Position numbers and translations under genes: made by a program. 64,000 nucleotides of DNA from Zootoca vivipara. Its lineage: Eukaryota. The stretch is taken from the NCBI RefSeq assembly GCF_963506605.1, contig NC_083277.1, positions 47,926,001 to 47,990,000 on the forward strand, given 5' to 3'. Every line of letters starts with the position of its first letter. Position 1 is the first letter of the stretch. Of this stretch, positions 52,880 through 64,000 are shown piece after piece. A model generated the notes under the pieces. It made no database searches, was not told the DNA's origin, and saw only the letters and a list, made by a program, of their open reading frames with translations.

Positions 52880-53194
52880 TGACTCACAACGACAACACTG
52901 TGATGCAATCCAAAAAGGTAACCTTTCCTTTGGTACAACAAACCTGTCATACAATATTTTCACCAATGATGTGCTTTTTCCTTAAAGGAAGGCGGGGTTA
53001 CAACTAAGTATCAGGGCAATAAAAAAAGGGGGTCTTATGTCAGGGACATTAGAAGTCAGTTAACAAAAGTATATGTTCAGGCTGAGCTGAGAGGGCTCTC
53101 TCCCCCCCCCCCAAAGCATTTTAAGTCTGCTGAAATTGAACTGCTGGTTGCACAAAGAAGAAAGCAGACAGTCATTAGGAAGTTTAGATATAAA
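52880..53194 (+). promoter_or_regulatory. Candidate TIMP4 proximal promoter
   Basis: TGACTCA 52880-52886, TGATGCAAT 52901-52909, GGCGGGG 52991-52997 and TATAAA 53189-53194 (57 nt before the ATG). Motif matches only. Confidence 0.5.
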
Positions 53195-53251
53195 CTCAAG
53201 AGCGAAAGAACATTTTCTTCAAGCTGGCCAGCAAGCCGTGTTTCAAGCAGC

Positions 53252-53381
53252 ATGAATCCTCTACTCAGTACCTTGTTATTTTCACTGCTACTTCTTCTAA
53301 CCCTCAGAATTCAGGAGCTTATAGAGGCTTGCAGCTGTGCCCCTGCACATCCACAGCAGCAAATCTGCGATTCGGCTTTAG
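53252..53381 (+). CDS. TIMP4: Metalloproteinase inhibitor 4, coding exon 1 (signal peptide and mature N-terminus)
   Basis: ATG at 53252. MNPLLSTLLFSLLLLLTLRIQELIEA|CSCAPAHPQQQICDSAL(V), donor G|gtgagt. Has the TIMP Cys-X-Cys N-terminus and lies antisense within a SYN2 intron. Confidence 0.96.
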
Positions 53382-56300
53382 GTGAGTCATAAACACTATA
53401 CACTTTTTATGCTGCCTGTAAGAAATCAACAGACGCTAGATTAACTGTGGGAATACTTCTCTGCAAACCCTTTAGGGGCTCCTATCCAATAATGGTTGTT
53501 TGGGACTCTGAAGAAGTGGTTACACACAAAAATGATTTCAAGAATAATATTACAAAAGCATCTGGAAGCAGTTGCTCCCATTTATTTTTGCTTTTCACTT
53601 TTCTCTGCAATGATTTGTTGTAACTGGTGGCTTAAATTCTTTATGGGTTTTTTTCATGACGACAGTTTCTGAGCATTAGATTCTGACATTTAATATGTAG
53701 AATAATAAGGATGTGGATTAGATGTGTTCTGTGGAGGGCTTGTAGGCATTCTGTTTGTTACACTGTTTTCTAAATAGATATTAACATTCACTTATTTTTT
53801 AAAATAATCTGCTTTTTATAATTTTAAATCAAGAATGGATCATGCTCATTGCAGGCTATTTAAAATTGTGTATGGATGAAGATTTCTGCAAAATACTCTA
53901 TATAGAGTCTAAGTATAAAATGCCTAATTTTATTACTAAGTATTCGATCTATATATTTTAAAAAACTAAAGTTTTATGATTAGAGAATAGGATAGGAAAA
54001 TGTGACTTTTGTAGTCTTTTCATTTCCAGCTCAAGCTGTGGCTAGTTAGCTTCCATCCAGAGTGAACAGTAAATGTAGAACATGAGTTTCTAAAATGTCA
54101 CTAAATTAGCATCTCTATGGGACAGGCAATACCTTCTGCATACTGATTAATTGCTTTCATGTGCTGACAGAAAATCTTTGTAGCCATGACAAACTCTGTT
54201 TAAAACCATCAATTAAATTGTTTCTTAATCTGGCTGTGTTAAGTAATGTTTTCATTAAATTACGTACACCAGACATGACAACCTAGAATAATGGGAAGTA
54301 TAGGGAAAAGTACCAGCTAGTGTTACTTCAGTTAAACAGCTGTTAAATGCGTAAAAGAAAGCAGTACTCAAAATGCATCTGATACAATTCTGGTGCATGA
54401 CACTTCTCTGAAATGTGAAATATATTCACACAGATATTGTGCTGATGATCAGTTTGAAACTAGGAAAGAAGACTCTTGACACCCGACAGTGTTTAGCAGT
54501 ACCTTAAGTGTCAATATAAAAAGAGGGAGAGAGGGGGAGGATCCCTCTACACAATTATTCAAATACTTTTTTCTAGGGTTTGAAAACCAAGCCTGAAAAA
54601 AATGCTAACTTGATCCAAGTGCATGCATTACTTAAAAGTAAACAAATTCCTCAGTTGCTACAATGGAGCAAAATGGAATGTTTAGTTTCTTAACAGATTT
54701 AATTCTCGAAGTGCTTTATATGAGCAACTAAAAACATAACTGGGTGCATATTTAATCTGGAGTGCTGAACCTTTGCTTACAGAGGTCTTTGGAGTGTTAA
54801 TGTGACAGGTGGTTGGGGGAAGCAAAGACCATCCAGTTTTTCTATACAGCATATATAACTACTGACTAATGTGGACTATAGAGAAAGATCTTATGCTTGC
54901 TATTATACCTACTAATAATAAACTCAGCTGGTGACTACTGGCAGGATTCTAGCCAAAATGGGGCCACTAAGAAACAAGAGGGATGTATCAACATTCTCGA
55001 AAGCTCAGAAGCTCAAAAAATATTTAGCAAAAAGAATTGAAGGGGGCCAAAGCACACCCACTCAGAACAGACCAGTGAGAATTGAGCATGCTCAGTAGTC
55101 ACATAATGCTGACTGAGGTAGTAGTAGGAAAATGGGGAGGAGGGGATGGAACAGAAGCACTATGCGCTGCAGCATTTTGTTGTAGGTCCTTGTAAACCCA
55201 TATTTCCGTATTCTGAAGTACACTTTGCAGCCATTGTCATTTATATCGTACTTAAGGCCAGGAAGCATATGGAAGAATGCCACCTATTAATTAGGTGCTT
55301 GCTTTTGAAGTATGATCACAGAATTGTGAATGTTTCCTATGAAACGAATGAAGCTTCAGCTTCAGGGTCCCTAATCCCAGAGCGAGCAACTTTATTCATG
55401 CATGTTATTATTTATTCACACCAGTGATTTGTGGGATAATCCAGTATAGCAATTTTAATCAAAATCTGAGATATAGTATTTTTTTTTATGTGGTGATCTA
55501 TCATGGAACAACCCCATTGAAGAAAATAACAGTGGTTACCCACACCTCGCTGCTAGTTGCAAAGGGGTCCCCATAACAGCTCCAAGCTTCAGGGCCCCCC
55601 AAATGTAGTTCTACCACTGCCTATACCTGTTGCCCCCTTTTCCAAATCAAACATGAGAAGGAAGCATGATAGATGTTGATATTTGTAGAATTCTCTTAAG
55701 ACATTATAACTACTGAAGGAGCACTGGTTGATATACTATGAGGCATGGAAGTGATTGTATGACTTCTCTTGTGTAGCTCTACTTTGCAAGAGTTGTGGGT
55801 TGTAGAAATTCAGAAATATCACTTCCATAGTCTGAACATCCTTTTATAAAACTTTTACCTTGCCGTTCCAATGCTTACGTCAGCCATCTCAGAGGTCAGA
55901 AACATATATATATATTTGTATACATTACCTACTGTATATATACAGACCACTGAAGAATGGTCAAAATGTGTTAGGCTTAGTTATATGCAGTTTGATTTCA
56001 TCTTTTCAAATGAGTATTCATTGGTTATGTCAGTTTAATTGGTTTATAATTATAATATAAAGCTGCTTTATATACTAGTTTATACTACTCTGTTATGTGG
56101 TATTTTAATGTTCAGTTTGCAGTTTCTTTATCCGTTGGGATGTTCAGGGAATCTCACAGCACAAAGTAAATCAATATTAAAAAAAGAAAAGAAAAGATTG
56201 TTATACTGAAGGAGGTACCGTATATGAAAATTGTGTTAATGCTTCAGCTGTTCCTATCTTTTTTGCTGTTCAATTTTTGTTCCTTTGCATTAATTTTGCT

Positions 56301-58205
56301 CCTTTAAAAATTATATCTGAATGAAGGAGGGTATCCCAGGCACTGGTTAAATCAACAGACCGTACATGGGTGACCTTTGGCTAATTCAGAACCCTTACCA
56401 TTCCCAAGATGAAACAATAAGCACTTTCATTGTAGCATTTGTCTGTGTGATTAGTGGTTTTGCTGCTTTTGTTGCTTTGAGCTATGCCTAGTTTTGAAAC
56501 ATTCATAGCTATTAAGTAGGCCCAAGTAACTTGGAAGAAATAAATTGGTGTGCTGGAATTGAGAAATATCATGTGGGATGGTGGCAGAAAACAAGTGCAT
56601 GATTCTTAAACGTATGTTTGTATCAGTATATGGCAGCAAAAATTCTATATTGGGCACACAGTAGACAATTATGTTATCTACTACAAACTGTTTATATACC
56701 TTTATATGTGACCTTACAAAATAACTTGACAAACTAGCTTCAAAGTTATAATTACTTTTCAGAACATAAGCAATATTTTTTACCTCCTTACCTCACACTT
56801 GATTCTACTAGGAAGTAAATTAGACTTTTAAGAATTATTGAAAGAAATGGAGTCTACCTATTGAAAATTACAAATACTGAGCATTGTATTTGTGGCAAGA
56901 ACCATCTTTGCTCAAAGTATATTTTAGGAGAGATTCCAGAATTCAGGTAAATGTGTCAAAGAAATCAGTAAGCACAAAAAATAAGGAACCCACTGTGTGA
57001 GAACCTACACAAATAGAAAAAAAACAGGTTCAGGTCAACATACAAAGCTACAATATATAGCAAACAAAGTACCACAAATGTGTTCATCACAGTGTACCCG
57101 CTATTACAAAGCATAGTGCATACAAGCGGTACTTCAGACTTATCACAACAAATACAATATAACAATTAGTAATATATATTCATATCGCCGGCACAAGGGA
57201 ATTCTTGAAAGCGGTGGAGCAGCTGTAGCAACAGACAGGACTGGAACCCGGTGATCCCAGTTTCGAAGAGAAACTCCTTCTTCAGTTGGCAATATAAGAG
57301 AAAACAGTAGCAGCCCCAGCCAAACCATATAATATAAACTCTTCCCGACCATGCGAAGCAGCCATACAGATAGGAACTGCCCTACCTCCTCCACCACACT
57401 ATCAAGGCCTAACTGGATTCTTTTAAATGGACAGTAAGGAGAGAAAAGTTATATGCATCTTCCAAGTATCCATTTATATAAAATACTTAATATTTCTGGA
57501 AACAGAATGTACGTCTTAGTTAGTGATGATGGATACTTTCTACCTGCTGGAGATATTCCTCACAGGCTCTCATAGAATTTCATGTTTTATCAGGCCCTCT
57601 TCCAGGCTGATGAATTAAATTTAGCATAAAAATAATATAAAGTCTCTCAAAAGCTCAGTCCTTTGCATGCTTACTTCACTGTTCAGTTATGCTTACTCAC
57701 ATGTAAGTGTGAATAGAATTGCAACATTGATGCTCTTTGTGTACATGATGTTGGTTCTCCTGATGTTCTTTTGATCAAGAGGGCAAACTACCTAGAGGAT
57801 TTCTAGACTAAAAAATGAGGTGGTGGTGGTGGTGGTGGTGGTGATGATGATGATAATAATAAATAAGTGGGGATAATAAGTAGCTGACACTTGTGGAATA
57901 ATCAATATTTTCAAGACATTTTTGCTCAGCCTGTGAGGAACTGGGAGTTCTGAGCTGTTGTTTAGAACAGGAGCAGCTTGACCCCATATTGGAGAAGCAA
58001 GTTCCTTTGCAGCAGCAACCTTTGCCATGAGCTTGAATAGCTGGCTACACAACTGAATTCAAAGCCCTTAAAGAATTTCACAAGTGGCAGAATAGCTCTC
58101 CCTTCTATATAATTCATGGCCACCGAGTAGCTGGGAGTTAATACTCCCCTCCAAAAAACATTTATTAGGCACTACAGATACAAACCGTCTTAAAACATCC
58201 ATATA

Positions 58206-58798
58206 CAGTGGTACCTCTGGCTAAGAACTTAATTCGTTCTGGAGGTCCGTTCTTAACCTGAAACTGTTCTTAACCTGAAGCACTGTTGTATCTGAACAAC
58301 AGAACTCGGGATTCTAAACTGCAAAGCTGCTGCGAAGGTGACGAAAACTTCCAGAAACGTGGAATTGGTTTGAAAGTAAAAAAAAATACTTTATTGCAAG
58401 CATGCAATGATTGGTTTCTCAAATGACATAATTTGATTGGTTGTACTGTGTTGCAATGTATGATCTAAGGTATAAAATGGATTGACGATCTATGTTCTGG
58501 GCCAGCATTTTGGGAAACCTATGCTGAGTCACTTTCTTGCATGCTTGCAATAAAGTATTTTTTACTTTCAAACCAATTCCACATTTCTGGAAGTTTTCTT
58601 CACCTTCGCAGTTTAGAATCCTGCGTTCTGTTGTTTGGATACAACAGTACCACTTTAGCTAATAAGACCTCCCGCTGCCGCCGCGCCGCCAGAGCACGAT
58701 TTCTGTTCTCATCCTGAAGCAAAGTTCTTAACCTGAGGTACTATTTCTGGGTTAACGGAGTTTGTAACCTGACGCGTTTGTAACCCGAGATACCACTG
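58206..58798. mobile_element. Tigger-like MITE interrupted by a fold-back element
   Basis: TA|CAGTGGTACCTC ... GAGATACCACTG|TA, with an insert at 58283-58647. Confidence 0.88.
58283..58647. mobile_element. Unclassified fold-back element with ~120-bp inverted arms
   Basis: CTGTTGTATCTGAACAACAGAAC...TTGCAAGCATGCAA pairs with TTGCATGCTTGCAA...GTTCTGTTGTTTGGATACAACAG. Confidence 0.8.
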
Positions 58799-59829
58799 TA
58801 CAAAATTTTAACAAATATATACGAAGCAGCCATTTCAGATATATACTAACAGAAATGTATTAATACATAAATTCTGCCTCCTGGACTTAAGACACTGGCC
58901 ATTCCTGCTTTAGGTCATGCAGGGCTAGCCCAAGACAGTTTGCCGCCTGAGAGAGAGAGCAAGTGGCAGAGGTCGTTTGCCTGGTCATGCCAATTTGTAT
59001 AATACTCAATACTGCCAGCAAAGGTTTGTTAGTTTGTTTGTTTTTGCAGCTGAAGCAGAATATCCCACAACAGTCTACCATACACTCTGGCAATATAAAT
59101 ACAGCAATAATACATTTAACAATATGCTGCCCTTTCAAAAATCTCCTGCCTGAGACTGGTCACCTCACTCTCCCTTATGGTAGGGCTAGCCTTGAGGCTC
59201 CTTCCTACGGGACATCTACATCATTGTTAAGTGCAGTGATTTATAAACCTTTTCTGCTGCATAATGCTAACTAACAGGCTTTTGCAAATGTCCTCATTTG
59301 CCACACAGCAAATTGTATTTTGTTTGCTCAAAGGAAGTGTGGTTTGGGGGTTGTGGAAGCATGCTGGAAACATTTTTAAATTTCTTTTATAGACAAACTC
59401 ATGAACCTCAATGAATAAGATCCCAGCGTCCTTGCCAGCAATTTTGTTATGAGTTCTGAAGCTCTGGAACTCATTAAAAAAACCACCCTACTGATGTATT
59501 AATCAGCAAACCTGGGTGATCCAGTATTTTACCACTGAAAGAATACGAAGTAGCTAATTTGTGTAATTATCACAGTTGATATTTCCAAATTGGCTACCAT
59601 TCATCACACTAATGATGGCTGACACCAGCTGAAATAAGAGAACAGCATACAGCTGAACACAAATGGGAAGAGACAACTCATACCGATACACATGAGAGCA
59701 ACTTCATCATTACAATTTCGGTTAACCAAATCTTTAGGGGTCTGTATTTTGTTCATGACTGCAAGACAGAAATATCTAGAGTGGGCTTTTTGCAATACTG
59801 CAGGACACAAAACAACATTTTTTCTTATA

Positions 59830-60070
59830 CAGTGGTACCTCGCGTTACACACACCTCAGGTTACAAATGCTTCAAGTTACAAACTCCGCTAACCTGGAAG
59901 AGTTACCTTGAGTTGAGAACTTTGCCCCAGGATGAGAACAGAAAGCGTGTGTCGGCGGCGCAGAAGCAGCAAGAGGCCCCATTAGTGAAAGCACGCCTCT
60001 AGTTAAGAACAGTTTCAGGTTAAGAACGGACCTCTGGAACAAATTAAGTTCGTAACTATAGGTACCACTT
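59830..60070. mobile_element. Tigger-like MITE, same family as 58206-58798 but opposite orientation
   Basis: TA|CAGTGGTACCTC ... AGGTACCACT. Internal gttaagaacagtttcaggttaagaacggacctc is the reverse complement of ~58237-58275. Confidence 0.85.
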
Positions 60071-60905
60071 TAAAGCTGTCAAAATAAAATTTAAAATACT
60101 GTGGCCCGTAGATGGGATTTTCTCATCCAGTATGGTTTCTTTGAAAATCCATCACCCATCAGTAAAACTGCAGCTATGCACATATTTCAGTTATATAAAA
60201 TTATCCTCAGAGAAAGGGGGTGGGAACCAGGAAGAATTGACATGGTCCACCTCTCCTTTGTTGAGTTTGGCAGAGTAGAGGGAGGAGCAAAATAGTTTTC
60301 AGACTGTTGGCTCAGGGCCCAGGGAACGGATGTCTGGCAGGCAGGAATAGCTACAGAATTCCCTCATTTATCTATCTCTTTTTGGTGATGTCGACATCGA
60401 ACAGTAGATGGTCAACCATCTACCTGAGGCTTGAGACTTGAGACTTAGGTAGGAATGAGCTGTGAATATTTTCTTATCAGTAGCCCAAAATTTCTTTCAA
60501 GAGGCCTTAGTATCCAATTCATTGGGCACAAAAATTGTTGGACATGATGGCACCTATGCTATCATCACGTCAGAGGTAGATGAAAAATAAGAGAAACTGC
60601 AGAAAAAATTAGCGAGTGAGAAAGAGATCTTAATCTTCTACCTGTTACTCCCCCTAATGTTAAATACATCACATAACTACAGTTTTCCTTCGCTCCTTTG
60701 CTGTATGCAAGAGATGTTCGAGGGAGGATTAAGGTGTTAAGACCTTGCATGGGAAGGAAAGATTGAATTATGGTATCTCTCCCTAGCAAAGAGCTCCAGC
60801 AACTTGTATGGGCAAAGAGGATAAGATGTCTATGAAGAAGAGCAACCATATACGAACATCCTTCAGAGCACCAGCACTGCTATGCCATTTGAAGGCTGCT
60901 ATACG

Positions 60906-61606
60906 CAAAATATGGTCTGAAGCTCAACATCAATAAAACCAAGATCATGGCCACTGGTTCCATCACCTCCTGGCAAATAGAAGGGGAAGAAATGGAGGCA
61001 GTGAAAGATTTTACTTTTTGGGTTCCATGATCACTGCAGATGGTGAAAGCAGTCACGAAATTAAAAGACGCCTGCTTCTTGGGAGAAAAGCAATGACAAA
61101 CCTAGACAGCATCTTAAAAAGCAGAGACATCACCTTGCAGACAAAGGTTCGTATAGTTAAAGCTATGGTTTTCCCAGTAGTGATGTATGGAAGTGAGAGC
61201 TGTACCATAAAGAAGGCTGGTTGTCGAAGAATTGATGCTTTTGAATTATGGTGCTGGAGAAGAGTCTTGAGAGTCCCATGGACTGCAAGAAGATCAAACC
61301 TATCCATTCTTAAGGAAATCAGCCCTGAGTGCTCACTGGAAGGACAGATCCTAAAGCTGAGGCTTCAATACTTTGGCCACCTCCATGAGAAGAGAAGACT
61401 CCCTGGAAAAGACCCTGATGCTGGGAAAGATGGAGGGCACAAGGAGGAAGGGACGACAGAGGACGAGATGGTTGGACAGTGTTATTGAAGCTACCAACAT
61501 AAGTTTGACCAAACTGCGGGAGGCAGTGGAAGGCAGGAGTGCCTGGCGTGCTCTGGGCCATGGGGTCACGAAGAGTCGGACACGACTAAACGACTAAACA
61601 ACAACA
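60906..61606 (+). mobile_element. BovB LINE 3' fragment (~700 bp, frameshifted)
   Basis: GSMITADGESSHEIKRRLLLGRKAMTNLDSILKSRDITL...GVTKSRTRLND, (CAA)n tail. Confidence 0.95.
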
Positions 61607-61607
61607 T

Positions 61608-61913
61608 ATGTGGGTGGCGCTGTGGGTTAAACCACAGAGCCTAGGGCTTGCTGATCAGAAGGTCGGCGGTTCGAATCCTCGCGACAGGGTGAGCTCCTGT
61701 TGCTTGGTCCCTGCTTCTGCCAACCTAGCAGTTCGAAAGCACGTCAAAGTGCAAGTAGATAAATAGGCAGGAAGGTAAACAGCATTTCTGTGTGCTGCTC
61801 TGGTTCAGAAGTGGCCTAGTCATGCTGGCTGCCTCGGCCAATAACGCAAGATGAGTACCACAACCTGAGAGTCGTCCGCGACTGGACCTAGTGGTCAGGG
61901 GTCCCTTTACCTT
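61608..61913 (+). mobile_element. Sauria SINE with internal deletions
   Basis: gggtggcgctgtgggttaaacc...ggggtccctttaccttt. Confidence 0.9.
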
Positions 61914-62472
61914 TATACTGTACATTGTTTACCTTGGGAACAGTTTATTTGCCTAATAGTAGTGGGGTGGGGCAAGGAGATCCATTTTCATCTCCTTTGG
62001 TCACTGGTGGAAGGCAACACACAGAAGCTTGGACTGCTCATAGCATAGCAGTAGTTTACTGACAGTGTGCAAATATGAGGGTACTTGGAGAGAAGTTTGC
62101 TTATTGCTACCAACTCATATTGAACTAATGCAAGATCAAACCTGGGTTACAGATTGTGGTTAGTGAATAGAGAGCTTAACCATGAGAACTCCCAGTTTGA
62201 ACTACATGCTATACCAAACATTGGCTCATCTTGGGACAGCAGTACAAAGGACTGATGTAAGCACTTACTATGTGAAATTATTACCATAGGAGAACTCTAG
62301 TCTTAATCACATTCATCTTCATATTAGCTTGTGGGGGGGGGGAGGAGGAGAAGAAATAGACTGTACTAAATATAACAGCAGCTGTGATTTATAGTACAAA
62401 TAATATGTCACACTACAGAAAGAACAGGTGAATAAATTCTAAAATGTCTGTTTTGCTTTAATTTACTTGCAG

Positions 62473-62570
62473 TGATTCGAGCAAAAATTTCCAGTGAAAA
62501 AGTGATCGCATCAACTGAAGACCCTCTTCATACTCACAAAATGATTCGATATGAAATCAAACAAATAAAG
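62473..62570 (+). CDS. TIMP4: Metalloproteinase inhibitor 4, coding exon 2
   Basis: ttgcag|TG ATT CGA ... (V)IRAKISSEKVIASTEDPLHTHKMIRYEIKQIK|gtacaa. Carries the TIMP VIRAK signature. 98 nt, phase matches exon 1. Confidence 0.97.
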
Positions 62571-63269
62571 GTACAAGAAAAAAACTAGTTTATCATGATA
62601 CTTAAATACCATTGACTACTACTACTACTACTACTCCTAGTCAGTTTTATACTCAATTTCCAATGTATACATAAGGGTGCAATACATAATGCATATCTGG
62701 GCATAAATTCTGTTGAACTTCTGATCAGACATATATAAGATTGTGCTGTAACATAATTTTATAGCTTCTGAAGTAAACATGTCTGATCCATGTTTAGGAG
62801 AAATATTTTTTTGTAGTGGAAGTTGTATTAGAAAACAACTAATGCAAAATCATAATTATAAGTACTTGTCTTAGAAACAAGATTCAGGACAGATTCAAAC
62901 ACTTTGATTTGCAGATTCTTGGAAACTAACTGGTAGCCAGTGCAGCTATGCCAGAATTGGGGTTATATGTCCCATCCTGCCCCAGTCAACAAGCTGGCTT
63001 CCAAATTCTGCACAATCTGCTTTTTGAACAGTCTTCAAAGGCAGGTCAACATACAACACATTACAAGAGTCCTGCCAAGATGTTACCAGAACATCAACAA
63101 CAGTAGTTATATATATAGATTTATGGTATCAGATTCATTTTATACCACCATTGGTGGGTGCTTGAGAAAGCCTAGGATGAGATATTCCCCAATTATTTGG
63201 TTTAGGAACCTGAGGGTTACAATGGTTGATTCAGACTTTATGGGATTATACATTAAGAGTGGACACTGC

Positions 63270-63672
63270 ATGGGTTTAGATGGTTCTTATGCATACTCTT
63301 GGCAGACAAAGCCTAAATGGACTCGGTCCTGTATACCTGAAGGAGCGTCTCCACCCCCACCGGTCAGCCTGGACATTGAGATCCACCGCCGAGGGCCTTC
63401 TGGCAGTTCCCTCATTGTGAGAAGTGAGGTTACAGGGAACCAGGCAGAGGGCCTTTTCGGTAGTGGCGCCCACCCTGTGGAATGCCCTCCCATCAGATGT
63501 CAATGAAATAAGCAGATATCCTATTTTTAAAAGACATCTGAAGGCAGCCCTGTTTAGGGAAGTTTTTAATATTTAATGCTATACTGTTTTTAACACTCGA
63601 TTGGGAGCCACCCAGAGTGGCTGGGGAAACTCAGCCAGATGGGCGGGGTATAAATAATAAGATTATTATTAT
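63270..63672 (+). mobile_element. L2-type LINE 3' end
   Basis: GPVYLKERL...RAFSVVAPTLWNALP, 3' end cccagagtggctggggaaactcagccagatgggcggggtataaataataa. Short copies of the same tail lie at ~22575-22625 and ~49505-49565. Confidence 0.8.
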
Positions 63673-64000
63673 GAAAAAGAAAATATGTATGATGGAAAGA
63701 GAATCTGTCTAATCTACATTTGCCTCTAATGTCAATGTCAGCAATAAGTGTAAAGGTGTCATTTGATTTTGATAATGAGTAGTCTGTAGAGCCAATATTC
63801 TGGTTCACCTGAAAGGTCAGGGTTGCAAGCCTGATGATGCTCTTAGATCCAGCATTGTTCCTTGATACTCAGGTTGGGTCCACATCCAGAGGAACCTGTC
63901 ATCAGCTTCAGCAGGTTCTCCAGCTGCATCCTTTCTTTCTCTTTTGCAAGTGGTAGGAAGAAAACTTGGGGGGGGGGATCCCATTGAACACAGAATAGAA

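Noticed and set aside
53446-53475. Hammerhead-like string ctgaagaagtggttacacacaaaaa in TIMP4 intron 1
   Set aside because: GAAA core and helix III are absent and helix II is only 3 bp, so probably chance.
62940-63506. 188-aa ORF downstream of TIMP4 exon 2
   Set aside because: Runs into an L2 fragment and does not resemble TIMP4 exon 3 (expected MFKGF...), which was not found in the window.

Overview
Eukaryotic vertebrate DNA, almost certainly a squamate and probably a lacertid lizard (Sauria/POM-type SINEs, BovB, RTE-X, L2, CR1, Penelope, hAT and Tc1/mariner MITEs). The minus strand carries the 3' half of synapsin II (SYN2). Eight coding exons (6-13 by analogy to human numbering) were reconstructed by hand with GT-AG sites and consistent phases, including both C-terminal isoforms: SYN2b by read-through of exon 11 plus intronic polyadenylation, and SYN2a by splicing to exons 12-13. 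The plus strand carries exons 1-2 of TIMP4, nested antisense in SYN2 intron 5, which is the known synapsin/TIMP arrangement. SYN2 exons 1-5 and TIMP4 exons 3-5 lie beyond the right edge. Most ORFs in the supplied track are spurious or transposon-derived. I see no convincing wholly new biological system. The best leads are three miR-25/92-family 8-mer sites confined to the SYN2b 3' UTR (one overlapping its poly(A) signal), a ~700-bp spacer-less SINE palindrome in the SYN2a-only intron, an unclassified fold-back element nested in a MITE, a Penelope insert with hammerhead-ribozyme remnants, and an OposCharlie1-like MITE. Coordinates were counted by eye, repeat boundaries are approximate, and family names come from recall rather than database searches.
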